A stretch of 63,908 nucleotides of DNA, the filler included, from Pelomyxa schiedti (taxonomy: Eukaryota > Protista > Evosea): assembly GCA_020536535.1 (NCBI GenBank). It is 10 parts of 10 records of this genome, joined end to end, with 100 filler letters (N's around TTAATTAATTAA, not from the genome) between each part and the next. Parts side by side here need not be neighbours in the genome. Positions count along the whole stretch, not along the records: positions 35,422 to 39,039 come from JAHLWZ010001718.1; positions 39,140 to 51,199 come from JAHLWZ010000435.1; 8 more parts are not named here. One strand, given 5' to 3'. Each line of letters begins with the position of its first letter. Position 1 is the first letter of the stretch. The position numbers and the translations under genes are program-made. Under the pieces are notes generated by a model. The model saw only the letters and a program-made list of their open reading frames with translations, was not told the origin of the DNA and ran no database searches. Of this stretch, positions 35,422 through 47,857 are shown piece by piece.

Positions 35422-35836
35422 CTTCACACTTGATCTCGAATCAGAGCCTTCCCTTTTTGCCTTCACACTGAATACCAGTGCGGTATCGTTTCATTTCCCC
35501 TCAGCCACCTCATTATGTATAGAAAATTTCACCCAGAGCCTGAACGTCGTCGCGGCGGTTCTGACCTCCATGCCTGGAACCGTATGCGCCGAAACGCTCC
35601 TGTCCAGCACCGACTTCGAGGTTGTTCTGTCTCCGGCCAACCAATGGACCCACAGCACCAGCGTGAACTTTTCCGTCAACAAGACCGGCGAGAACCCCCA
35701 CCAAGAACACGAGCTGTGGCTACGGCTCTTCATCAAAAACACCGAGACAGGAGACGTGGCCTTTTGGCAGAGACACGACCTCTACCAGCCCGCCCTCGTC
35801 ACGGCACACGAGAGGAGGCCCCTCACCAACCCCTAG
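35422..35836 (+). CDS. 3' end of hypothetical protein
   Basis: Open GC3-rich frame ...ELWLRLFIKNTETGDVAFWQRHDLYQPALV...* after a CAG acceptor near 35504. Confidence 0.5.
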
Positions 35837-37477
35837 GCGAAATTTCCAACAAAAGATTCGACAGAAAAAGTACTAGCACAACAAAAACTAATGGCCCCGC
35901 TCAGAATCGAACTGAGATCAAGAGAGCCAAAATCTCCCATACTAACCATTATACTACGGAGCCTGAACATAGGGGTTAAGCCCACACGTCGGGGCATTTA
36001 TTACGAACTTTTTATACTGGGAACGACAGAGGGGGTTGAGGGGGATTGGTGGTGTTGGTGTCTGCTACGGTGTTGCGTTGGGTTCTTTTTGGTTTGCGCG
36101 ATGCTTTGTTTGTTTTGTTGTTGTGTGTTTGGTTTGACGGAGGTTTGACGGCTACTGGTTATACTGGTTTAATTGAAGGTGGGTCTGCGGTTATACTTTT
36201 GTTCAAGGTGGGTCATATTGCTGGTATCTCGGGTGGACGACGGCTGCTTTTTGGATAACGGCCTGGGTTGACAACCCCAGAGCCGAGCGGACCTCCACTC
36301 GCGCAAGCTCTTGCGGGAGTGTCGAGGTGTGGAAATTGTAGAGTCCGACGTACGGAGCCTGAACATCTTGGTGTCACCTGAACACAGTTGGTTCTGCTGC
36401 CCTACTTTTTTCCAGTAACGAAAAAATGGCTCACTAACACACTTTGGGGCTTGCATGAAGTCGAGGAGTGTGTTGTGCTGTCATTCCACAGCCATTCCAG
36501 TGTTCCACCTGGTGGCTAATATTAGAAAAAGGCAAAAACAAAAGCAAACACAGAAGCAACAGGAAAAGGAGCCAGGTGCGGAAACTTACCTCGTGATCGT
36601 CGACATGCAGGCCAACAAAACGAGCAGCTCCCTCTCCGCCTCCTCCACGCACCAAGCTCCGTCGTGCGAAGCCGAAATGGAGCGCGAGTTGTCGGATCTC
36701 CCCCAAGACATCCAGGCGATGCTCATGGAGGCACCGTTCGGCCGAGACGCCCGAGGTGCTCCCCTCACCACCCAGCCAAAGAGGCCAGGAGAGGCACCCG
36801 CGCGCACCAATCATCACCATCATCATCAGCCACCGCCGCCTCAACGACAACGACAACGGCCACGACCACCTCCACCTCCGCCGCGTCGGGTTCATCATCA
36901 TCATCAACTCTTGACCCAGACAACAACACCACCGCTGCTGCTTCGTCAGCATCATCCTCGTCCTCTTGTGCCACATCCACATCCACATCCACATCCACAA
37001 CCACAGCAAGCGCATCTTTGGGGTCTCCTTCCCTGTCTGCTCCCCCCCGCTCGTCCGCGTCCTCATCGTCGCCGAGACAACAACTATCCACCAAAACCCG
37101 CTCCTCTTCCTCTTCCTCGTCCTCATCCTCCTCGTCCATAGTCATCACCTCACTCCAACCATCAGCACCATCACGCCTGCTGCTGCTCTTGCTGAAGGTG
37201 CACGAGTCGCTGAAACGGTAACGGAAACAAATGTGCCGAGCCTCACATCCTCTTCTTCAACACAGTCAGAGGATCCAATTGGAACTCAAGAAAGCCTCAC
37301 CAACAATGCCTCCTCTGAGGATAAATCCGCGGTTCCGTCCCATACCACAACAGCAGCCTCAGCCGATAATAGTGCAGAGACAAGAATGACTTCCACTTCC
37401 ACAGGAGTGACGACGCTGGTGGAACACGTCACCACCACCAAGGTTCCTTCTGGAAACTTCCAAGTGACGACAGGTCC

Positions 37478-38824
37478 GTGCAGCCGAACATTGAGGGAAT
37501 TTACTTGAGAGAGCAGATGCTGAGCCTGCTCGCGGGAACTCTTCCCAGGTGCGGAAGTGCATCTGCCCTGCGAGTTCTGACGCCCTCGTTGTTATATTCC
37601 GTCTTCATTTGGGCAAGGGCCTCCGAGAAGAGGCTGGTCATCGTGCTCCGCACCAGCACCGGTCAAGGAACTCCTGAAGAGCGAGCCCCGAAGCTCGGAC
37701 TCTGGCAGGATGCGGGTGTCATATCCTCGGAATTGGAAGTCAATCCCGTGTGGCGTTACCCTGAAGAGCCCTGGTTGGTGACCTGGGCCGGAGAGGATCA
37801 CTACGTCGTTCACCAGAAGAATGGCCCGGGAACCCCTTCCATTTTCAAGCTTCGCAACGTGCAAAGACCGGGTGACTCGAGGGTCTTGCTGGTGATCCCC
37901 ACCCCTCCCCCTCGAGCATTTCACTGTAGAACAAACAGCCACTGGGTCCTTTATCACTATGGAGCTGAACCAAAATTTTACGTTGAGCCTGCTCTGCTTC
38001 CCCCCACACCACCACAAATTGGAAGTGCCTCCTCTTCCTCCTCCCTGTTGAAAATTCAACAAGAAGAGCTGGGCCTGTCGGAAGGACACGTGATTTCCTT
38101 GGTTGCTCTGAGCAAGAGGGAGCCCCACCTGGCGCTCCTCATTTCCCACAAGGTGAACGCCAATGGCACGCAGGCTGAGTATGACATCTTATTTTGGAAT
38201 GTGAAGAAGTCAGTGGAGAGCAAGCGATTCCACGAGATCGAGAGGTGGCCGGTGACTGGAATGGAGGCCTTGCAGGGTGAGAGCATTCGGAGGGCGTTTG
38301 TGATCAGATCTGGTTCCCCTCATGATGACTGCAACCTGGGTGACGACGCAGTCGTGGTTGTACAGTCAGCGAGGGGCAGAGTATACGTCATCAAGAGGAA
38401 GAGTCCATCAGCACCTCACCTCGTCCAAAGTGCCGGGTCTGAAGTCAGGAACTTGTTCCCAATTGGGAACGGAACCAAGTTCTGCATCACATACGACGGG
38501 AGATATGAAACACGAGACGTGAACACGCCAGAGAACGTGCTGATGACCGTCGACACCAGGGGGTTCATTTCGGTGCAATGGGAGACAAACACCGGGCTCA
38601 TGCTGGCCATGTCAGAAAAGAAGAAGGTGGTGGTGGTGCCCACGGGGAGTGACAACAGCAACAACAACTCGGACACCATCCAGCACATCGACGTGAGGAA
38701 CGTGGAGGACAACAGACCACTCTTCATACTGAAGTTGATACAACGTTGGTACGCCGATACCTCCATCGTCAGGTGTTTATCTTTCAGTTCCCCTCACAAC
38801 AACAACCACCACCACACCCCATAA
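37478..38824 (+). CDS. HPRCG-type family protein, possibly with low-complexity N-terminal extension from ~36455
   Basis: REQMLSLLAGTLPRCGSASALRVLTPSLLYSVFIW, TNSHWV, YETRDVN, TGLML. Upstream His/Pro/Ser/Thr-rich ORFs lie in shifting frames. Confidence 0.7.
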   Translation: MQPNIEGIYLREQMLSLLAGTLPRCGSASALRVLTPSLLYSVFIWARASEKRLVIVLRTSTGQGTPEERAPKLGLWQDAGVISSELEVNPVWRYPEEPWLVTWAGEDHYVVHQKNGPGTPSIFKLRNVQRPGDSRVLLVIPTPPPRAFHCRTNSHWVLYHYGAEPKFYVEPALLPPTPPQIGSASSSSSLLKIQQEELGLSEGHVISLVALSKREPHLALLISHKVNANGTQAEYDILFWNVKKSVESKRFHEIERWPVTGMEALQGESIRRAFVIRSGSPHDDCNLGDDAVVVVQSARGRVYVIKRKSPSAPHLVQSAGSEVRNLFPIGNGTKFCITYDGRYETRDVNTPENVLMTVDTRGFISVQWETNTGLMLAMSEKKKVVVVPTGSDNSNNNSDTIQHIDVRNVEDNRPLFILKLIQRWYADTSIVRCLSFSSPHNNNHHHTP

Positions 38825-39139
38825 CCCCATACCATAAAAATAAAAATTCCGAACAAACCTTGACCCATAAGTCTTCGGTACCCCAAAGATCAGTTCCAAA
38901 AAAGACAGACTCTTGGCTGTCAAGGATTGGATGTGTAGACCCTGACCAAATTGTCCCAGGAGGATGTGAAGAGTGTGTCACCAGAGGGACTCAGAGACAC
39001 ACATGTAAGCCTGTTGGTGGCACTTGTATCTCGCCATGCNNNNNNNNNNNNNNNNNNNNNNNNNNNNNNNNNNNNNNNNNNNNTTAATTAATTAANNNNN
39101 NNNNNNNNNNNNNNNNNNNNNNNNNNNNNNNNNNNNNNN

Positions 39140-40025
39140 CCACCATCAAATTCTCTCACCGGTGATGCCACCACCACCAACACTGCCGCTTCTGCTGCTG
39201 CTACAACAGGGAAAAACGGGGCCATCGGGGAGTTTATGAAGTGCATGAAGCGGGGAGACGTCGTGGGAGTGGAGCAGCTGGCCCGCGTCTCCTACGACCG
39301 CGACCGCATGATTTTGCACCGCGCACTGGCCCACGGCAGACCTCGTGTGAGGCCGCCCAAGTACGCCATCCTCTATGGTTCTTTTGCGCCTCGGCCCCCG
39401 TGGGCTCCCTGTGTTCGGATTCTGCTGAATTTGCCCGGTATTGTTTGTTGTTGTGCAACTTACTCCGATTTGCTTTTTATTGTGTGGAGTGTTGTGTTGA
39501 GCTCAAATGCTGCTTTTTAGCAGCTCGTAAAAAACACAAAAAAAGAAACGATGTTCACAACTAAACTATGTAACAATCGAAATGTATGTTGGGTGTTTCT
39601 CATTGAACTAATTTTGGTCACAAGGGATCACTGAAACATTTTCTTGTTTGTACGAGGGCAAATCCATAACGTCTCTTGCGGCATACCATAGTGAGTGGGA
39701 GGTGTTGCCCCCCACACATGTGCTATAGATTTTTTACAACTTTCAGGCGAAGGAGGTGATGCAGTTGCTTTTCGAGGCCGGGGCTGATCCAAATGGAATA
39801 GAGGGTGAGGAAACTCATCCATTCATTTACTCCAAAATTGCCGGTGAGGATATGGCAGGCCTGTTTCTGTCTCACCCAAAATTCAACTTGGAAAAGGTAA
39901 AAGCCTTTTTTTTGAGACTGTGGTAACCTTGTTTTTTTTTTCACAAGGCTGATCTCTCGAAGATCTTTGCCCAGTACTGTTACAGTGTCGAAAAAATATT
40001 TTCCAATACACCCATCAACAAGACA
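39140..40025 (+). CDS. Partial (5') copy of the 44529-47590 ankyrin-like gene
   Basis: Near-identical to 44548-45452. Confidence 0.8.
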
Positions 40026-40125
40026 NNNNNNNNNNNNNNNNNNNNNNNNNNNNNNNNNNNNNNNNNNNNNNNNNNNNNNNNNNNNNNNNNNNNNNNNNNN
40101 NNNNNNNNNNNNNNNNNNNNNNNNN

Positions 40126-40379
40126 ATTCCAAGGACATTGTGGAGATCTGGGACTGCAATCACACCACCAGTTTCAAGCAACACACGCCACTGAGGACAA
40201 TCAGGTCATCAACTGAGGGCTCCACAATCCTTGTTGGGTGTGGATTCATATTCCACATTGAGGACAGGAAACTGCAGGTGACTGAAGCAACCTCTGGCAC
40301 TGTTGTTGCTTCCATTGAATATAAACACACGTGGTGTGTTATGAGGCAGATCATTCCCTGCCAGTCATTCCTGTGGTAA
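40126..40379 (+). CDS. 3' end of HPRCG-family gene
   Basis: EIWDCNHTTSFKQHTPLR...VGCGFIF...LQVTEATSG...SFLW* matches the end of 42888-44132. Confidence 0.8.
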
Positions 40380-40406
40380 CAAAAAATAAGTATTCTGTCA
40401 AGCCAG

Positions 40407-41032
40407 ATGAAAAAGGGCACCTTGGAAATGCCCGAAATCAAAAATCGAATGCAAAACGACACAACCAAGAGCCACGACGAATATGAATGGCTTGGGGAGA
40501 TCGTGTGGACACGGAGTGTTCGCGCCAGAGACCAATTAGCATCGTGGATGATAGGCAATACATCACACTGCGGAGAATTGATTCTCCTGCGGCTTTGTTG
40601 ATGGACACTATAAGTGGTACCAAGAGGCGTCTGGTGTTTGTGGTTCAATCAAATGGAGAGATGTGTACTCTCTGCCACCAGTCTGAGGGTGACGAAACTT
40701 TCGTCAACCAATTGGATTCCTGCCTTTTCTCTCTTTCCCACTCCGAGTACACTGTAACAGACATCTGGGATTGCAACGACACAACATGCTTCAACCAGCA
40801 GTCATCGCCACTGACAGAGAAGGCAAATTGGATGCACTTCTTGTGCACGAGTGAGAAGTGGTGGTTGCAGACCAGAGACGAAGGTCACTCGCTCGTAATC
40901 AACAGCGTGCAGACCCACAATGAGGTCGCGCAACCTTCTGTTGTTGTGCCTGTGCCTGAGAACTACCACGTCGTTGACTCAATGAAATTCAACAAGATGA
41001 GTTCCTCACAAGCACTGATTCTAAATAAATAA
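40407..41032 (+). pseudogene. Scrambled/deleted HPRCG-family copy
   Basis: N block WLGEIVWTRSVRARDQL, then C block DIWDCN, then middle block PVPENYHVVDSMKFNKM. Confidence 0.7.
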
Positions 41033-41520
41033 ACAAAATAAATAGAAGCCACATACCAGTGGAAAGCCACCGTAGTTACTACATAAATGGGATGTAGTGC
41101 AACTCCGGAGATTTACAGGCGGAATGGCAAAAAGACCTAGATGCGTAATTACTTGCTTTAATTTCTCAATTAAAAAAGTAAATAAAGTAACGAAATGGAG
41201 AAATACAAGGCAACTTACAAATAGGTAATTTCTTATTTGTAAATGTATTATTAAAAACACAAACACCGATAAATAAAGAAAACAAAAGCAAATTGGTCTT
41301 CGCGTCCACAAAGGGGCACAGCCTCCCTCCGATTATTTTGATGGTGGTGGCAAAATCGAAAGCACACAACACTGCACAAGCGCCAAAACCGCAAACATGC
41401 CATTTATGTCAGGACCGCTTCACGGTGCCTTGCTCAATAAAAAATTCTGTTTTTCATTTCCCCAACCTTTCACCGAAGAGGGAGCAAATCGACGAGGGCC
41501 CTTACACCACCCAAAGCACA

Positions 41521-42828
41521 ATGAATAAACGGCACAAGGTAAAAAGCAACCCCAAACACCAACACAATCAACAACAACTAACAGAGGCGCTGTGACACAC
41601 ACAGGGAGTTGTGGCCGTTGCAAGCCTTTACTCACAGTTCGTGGCCCTGTGCATGGTCACACACCCAAGGTGCGGTTGTAAATGGAATAGAATGTTGATG
41701 ACAGCCTCGTCTTTATCTGCTGAAAACTTTGCAAACTGGGGGTTGGTTGTGAGGCTGGTGTGGGGGTGGGTTGTTGGTGGTGGTGGGCCTGTGAAGTTCT
41801 TCAGTGTGAGTGTGCGTGATGTTGTTGCAAATGGTAAGTCCACTTTGCTCACATTTGGCATGTCAATGCTCACCCTTGGTATTGTGTCAAAGTACTCACG
41901 GTGGTGGCAAACAAACAAACAAGGGTCTGGCTGTGTTGAAACCATTCCTGCAGCAAATAAGACACATGTGATTTACCGGATGAGCAATGAGAAAGAGTAC
42001 AACATCACGTATAGTAGGAGGAGTGTGGGCTTGGAAACAGTTCGGTGTGCTGGTGGATTGAGAGTGTGGTCTGGGAAAAGTATTGCTGAGTGTGTGAATC
42101 ACAAGTGGCTCGTTTTCACGCATTTGTTTATGAAGAGGAAAGAGTTTGCTGTTGCAAACCTACTCTTGGAGCATCCAACTGCTAGAGTGCTGCCATCCCA
42201 AATGTTCACGCCTATTGACATCTTCATGAATAAGATGAAAGAAGATGAAGCTGTTCTTGTGAAAAAACGAAGGAGATACCACAAGTTAAGAATCGCTGTT
42301 GTAAATATTCAGGATGTTTGGTCTGGGAGAACCTGTAGTCCAATCTTTCAAGAAGAGTACTGCTTTCCATCAAGCATTCCTGATGTTCACTGTTACTACA
42401 TGCCAACAGTGCTGATTCTTCAGGCACACTCAGAACGCTGCTTCATTGTTCAAACTACAGCAGCAATTATTCAGTACAATGAGTCTGCAGACCCACATGA
42501 GGTTCACTCAGCCAACTACGATTACTTGCAGGGAGGGGGCCTAGCCCTGACACAGCTGAGTGAGAGGCTCTATTGTGTGACAAGCACTCCAAACACACTC
42601 GAGATATGGGATTGCAACAACCCCGCCAATGCCCTCAGGATTGTTGACAACCAGTTCTGCTGCAGGATTGTGTATGCCCACTGTGGTCTGCTGTTCCACG
42701 TTGGTGGAAATCGAGTCACAGTGACTGATTACTCCTCAGGCTCCAAGGTTGCCACTCTTCACGTGAACACACTGCGTGAAGGCAACAACCACCCCACAAT
42801 CGACACCCTCTCCTCCTTCTGGTTGTAA
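41521..42828 (+). CDS. HPRCG-family protein
   Basis: MNKRHK|GVVAVASLYSQFVALCMVTHPRCG...VNHKWL...EIWDCN...CGLLF...SFWL*. Confidence 0.8.
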
Positions 42829-42887
42829 TTCATTAGGCTTGTGTTTCATTGAATGGTGAATACAAATCTCATCGGTAAGAGATCGAG

Positions 42888-44132
42888 ATGTCGCTGCAAC
42901 CAACACCAAAGCGTCCGCGCACAAACCGCCAGAAACCAACAAACGACAGTTGTTGGATCGGGGAGATCGCTGTGAGGCAGGGCATCAGAGCCCAGCACCA
43001 ATTCGCGGCGCTGCTTGTGGCGTCGCAGTGTTGTCGGTGCGGGGGCAAGTCGCACGCGGGGGTGTTGGGGCCGGCCCTCGCGAAGCAATTGTGGGACACC
43101 TGGGTCATCGGAACTGAGAGGAAACTGGCTGTTGTTGTTCAACAGAAACTGAGCACGTTGGCGGATGCAACCAAGTCCTGCGTCATCAGGTTTGGGGTGT
43201 CGCTGGCGTTGATGGGACTCACAACCGAAGTGCAAGTCGCGCGTGAATCTTGCTTATGGGCGACTGGGGACATGCTACTCGAACCAGTTCACATGGGGGG
43301 CCCTGTGCACATCCTGAAGAATGTGGTGAGTGGCAAGGAGACACGCCTGGAGGTAGAGACCCATTACAGAACTACGTGGTGCATTAATGGAACGTGGTTG
43401 GTGCAGCCGAGTGTGGATGGGAAGGCTCTTGTTGTGACTGAGGTGCAAAATGAAGAAGGTGCTGTGGTGCACGTGCCCCTTCCTGAGAACTACCACATCA
43501 CCGAGTCATTGAACTTCAACAAAATGTGTTCATCACAAGTGGTGATGCTTATGACCATGGATAACAGCCACAGTCGCAGCAGCTTGTTGGCTGTTGTGGA
43601 CATCACCAGCAGCTATGCAACAAAGGTTCTGCAGATTGTGAGTTCCACTCAGTGTGCGTTTTCACAAAGGAACTCTGTGAAAGCTATCTATTTGATGAAG
43701 AACCAAGCAGACCAGAATGTGTACATCGTTGAGACAAGCGCACAAGACATTGACGGTAACGTAGCGCACATTGTGCTGGCTGTTGAATCAAATGGAATGA
43801 TTTCTGAGCTCAGGCGTGAATACAGAGGTTGGTGGCGTGCAGAGGAGCCGCTCTTTGGTCAACTCAGCGGCTCTCTTTTCACACTTTCTGATTTACACGG
43901 AGGTATGGAAATCTGGGACTGCAGCTGCACTGCAAGTTTCACTCGACACTCACCACTGAGGAAATTCACTCCAACAACAACGTTGCCAGTGCTTGTTGGA
44001 GGTGGGTTGATTCTCTTCATTGATGATCACCACCAACTGCAAGTTGTGGAAGGAACCTCAGGCTTCTGTGTTGCTTCCATTGGGCTCCTCCCTGACTTTC
44101 ATCTGAATGCAATGTGGTCCTTCCTGTGGTAA
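42888..44132 (+). CDS. HPRCG-family protein
   Basis: 414-aa ORF; AQHQFAALL...CRCG...LAKQLWDTWV...EIWDCS...SFLW*. Confidence 0.85.
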   Translation: MSLQPTPKRPRTNRQKPTNDSCWIGEIAVRQGIRAQHQFAALLVASQCCRCGGKSHAGVLGPALAKQLWDTWVIGTERKLAVVVQQKLSTLADATKSCVIRFGVSLALMGLTTEVQVARESCLWATGDMLLEPVHMGGPVHILKNVVSGKETRLEVETHYRTTWCINGTWLVQPSVDGKALVVTEVQNEEGAVVHVPLPENYHITESLNFNKMCSSQVVMLMTMDNSHSRSSLLAVVDITSSYATKVLQIVSSTQCAFSQRNSVKAIYLMKNQADQNVYIVETSAQDIDGNVAHIVLAVESNGMISELRREYRGWWRAEEPLFGQLSGSLFTLSDLHGGMEIWDCSCTASFTRHSPLRKFTPTTTLPVLVGGGLILFIDDHHQLQVVEGTSGFCVASIGLLPDFHLNAMWSFLW

Positions 44133-44528
44133 AAAAAAGTGCCAGACTCAAACACAAACAAAAAACCAGGGTTGTTATTTCAAGTACGTGATGGTGCTTG
44201 TTTAACAAACGGTAGATGACCAATACTTGGGTTTATAAACAAGTAATTTGACTGTGCTTCCTTCTTTTGGGATGCAAACTGATCAAAAAACTGAATCTCC
44301 AAGGGGATGGCAGTGCCAAGTCGCCTGGGCTGGAACTGGTGAGGCAATTGTGGGACACTTGGGTCAACCAAACATAATAGAAAATGGAGTCCGCGGAATG
44401 TCAGCAAGTTGGGACAAGTTATTTCGGGCCATTCACGAGAATTGTGAATCCACAAGGAGAACAAGTGCAAGTCCCATTTCGCGAAACACCGTTGTTTGAT
44501 AAACTCGAAAAACTGTTCAACAACCATC

Positions 44529-47500
44529 ATGACAGAAGCAACAAGGCCACCATCAAATTCTCTCACCGGTGATGCCACCACCAACACTGCCGCTTCTGCT
44601 GCTGCTGCTGCTACAACAGGGAAAAACGGGGCCATCGGGGAGTTTATGAAGTGCATGAAGCGGGGAGACGTCGTGGGAGTGGAGCAGCTGGCCCGCGTGT
44701 CCTACGACCGCGACCGCATGATTTTGCACCGGGCACTGGCCCACGGCAGACCTCGTGTGAGGCCGCCCAAGTACGCCAGCCTCTATGGATCTTTTGCGCC
44801 TCGGCCCCCGTGGGTTCCCTGTGTTCGGATTCTGCTGAATTTGCCCGGTATTGTTTGTTGTTGTGCAACTTACTTCGATTTGCTTTTTATTGTGTGGAGT
44901 GTTGTGTTGAGCTCAAATGCTGCTTTTTAGCAGCTCGTAAAAATACAAAAAAAAGAAACTATGTTCACAACTAAACTATGTAACTATCTATATGTCCTAT
45001 CTGTTGTAGTTGGTTGGGTAATTACTCATTGAACTAATTTTGGTCACAAGGGATAACTGAAACATTTTCTTGTTTGTACGAGGGCAAATCCATAACGTCT
45101 CTTGCGGCATTCCATCGTGAGAGGGAGGTATTGCCCCCCACACATGTGCTATAGATTTTTTACAACTTTCAGGCCGCTGAGGTGATGCAGTTGCTTTTCA
45201 AGGCCGGGGCTGATCCAAATGGAATAGAGGGTGAGGAAACTCATCCATTCATTTACTCCCAAATTGCCGGTGAGGATATGGCAGGCCTTTTTCTATCTCA
45301 CCCAAAATTCAACTGGGAGAAGGTAAAAGGGTTACTTTTTTGAGACTGTGGTAACCTTGTTTTTTTTTCACAAGGCTGATCTCTCGAAGATCTTTGCCCA
45401 GTACTGTTACAGTGTGGAAAAAATATTTTCCAATACACCCATCAACAAGACACTTGAAGTCCTTGGGCTAATACTGAAGCGATTGGAAAATCCAGACCAC
45501 AAAGATAATTTCAAGAATGCATTGGTGAGGTGGGCAACAAACTGTGGACCTGTTGCTCAATTTATTTTGGACAACTCATTGTGCACCCCTGACCAGTTGT
45601 TCAGCCATGGCCTGTACGCAACAAATAATGCAGATGCTGCAACCATTGCCTTGAACGCAGGTGCCAAAGTGATCTTGCCTCAGGACTTCTCCTATACTAA
45701 CGTGTTTCGGTGAGAGTTCAACAAAATCTTTCGCCAAGTTCACTAATGCAATCCATTATCAAAATCAGGAGCAAAAACGAAAAGCTGCTTTCTCTTCTCA
45801 TTGACAAGGGTTTCCCGTTCCCAGACATGGGAGAAGTTGCCTGCCAGAGCACCGAGGTTTGGAACCTGTTCAAATCGCGAGGGTTTGAGTATCGCCCTCA
45901 GTCCGCGAGCTATGACAGACCCACTGTCACACATATCTTTCTGAGACGAGGGGACTTTGACGAAGCAATGAGGATCAAAGGCAATCGCCATTTCCCGTTG
46001 CCGTGGGCAAGGATTATCAGGGAGCGATTTCCCCCAGAGCAGCCAATAGACATGGCAGAAATGAAACGCTACCTCGATGCCGCGTCCAGTGACACAGATT
46101 GGATGGACTTGATAAAGTGTTATATTTACGGCAGCACCACGGAACCCCTGAGAGCTTGTGTTGCCCGAGCCGATCGATCCCAACTCTCACCGGACTTGCT
46201 TCGCGAGTTGCTTATTGGCTCTATTGAATGGAGACTTCCTGTTCCTCTGTACTTTGAGAAGATAAACTTTGTCAAGAGCCTGGGAGCACAAATTGACACC
46301 GAAATAATAACTGCCTGCATTTGCCCCAGTCGTGGAGAACCACCCCCAAGAGAAGTGATAGAATCCCTCATCAATGACCTCTTTGGATCGCTGAGCAGAG
46401 AACAAAAGGAAGGGGCAGCAAACAAGATAATCACCTATGCCGTGGCCCGGAATTTCATGTGGGTGGTGGAGAAGGTTGCAAAGCTCAATGAGGGAAGGCT
46501 TCCAGAGGGAATTCTCTTCAGTGCTCCATCCGACGAGATGTTCAGATTGCTTGAATCATTGGGTGCCGGTCTGGGGGAAGATTTCAGCCTTTACGATTTC
46601 ACAACAAAATCTAGAGAACTTGAAGCGGCCATTGGGAAGTTTATTCTTGAACATCCCGATCAACTTGAACCAATCCCAGAAGAATTCATGGAAGCGTGTG
46701 AGTATGATTACTCCCCGATCCATTTGATGGCTACCCAACTCCGGCTGCCGATTCTGAAGGCACTGTTGGCCACAGGATGGAATGCGAACCTGAGAGATCC
46801 AGACACAAAAGAAACTCCGATCCGAGCGGTTCTTTCACTTCCGGTCAGTGAGAACGATTTCCGGCTTCAACGCGAAGTGGCTTTGGAACTCATTTCCGGT
46901 GGTGCAAAAGTGACGGTGTGTTTTTATTCACCAAATGAATTCATTATTTATTACGCAGTAATACACTCCTAATGGCCGTAAAATCATAATTACCCTCTCA
47001 CCATTCTGTTTCCAATTTACTTACACCCGGTCTCCCAGGTGGATGATCTTAGCAGCATTCTTATTGAGCATAAGGTGAGTGAGGATACAAACGGAGCCAC
47101 TCCGGACTCAATCTACTTTGCTTTCACGCGATTCTCACAACACCGCATTGACACCCTCACCACCGTTGCCAGGGTGGTGCCCCCAACCGTGCTTCTATCA
47201 TCATCACCACCATCAGCCGAATCTTCATCACCAGGCAAGCGGTGCCCCAATCTGTTGTGGGCCGCATGTCTGTACAGAAACACCACCGTGATAACCTCTG
47301 TGGTTTCTCTGCTGAATTCTGCTGCCTCTTCATTGTCTGACTTGGAATCCGTGAGGGGCAGGGAGGAACAAACAACAACAGCAACCACAGGAACCACAGC
47401 CGCGGAAACAACAACAACAACAAAAACAACAGCAGAAGAAGCAGCAAGGAAGAAGGAGAAAGCCAAAGTGATGATGGGGACACTGGTGGGACAAAGGAGG

Positions 47501-47590
47501 GAGAAGGATGGACTCACAGTGGTTGAATTCCTCACCAAAAAAGGTTGTTTGGATTGCCTCAATGCCCTGAACTCTGCCCTCCTCCTCTGA
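44529..47590 (+). CDS. Divergent ankyrin-repeat protein, multi-exon
   Basis: LLFKAGADPNG, ALNAGAK, SPIHLMA...LLATGWNANLRDPDTKETPI, ELISGGAK. Long open exons with GT-AG introns. Confidence 0.75.
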
Positions 47591-47857
47591 CACAAATAAA
47601 TTTTTTTTTTATCTTTGGTTATCGAGACTGGTGGAAATTATTATTACTTGTGACTTTTGATTATCGCGACAACCACAAAAAATCGACGAGGGGAGGCCAT
47701 GCCGCCAGTGGCGTGAGGTACAAGCAGTACTCTCCCATTTGCTTTTTGTTGTCTTCTTCACCACGACTTGTTTATTATTTTATTTATTGGAGGTGTGTTT
47801 ATTATTTAACAAATTTATTTTTAAATATGTAATAACTTCTTTATAAATAATTTTATT

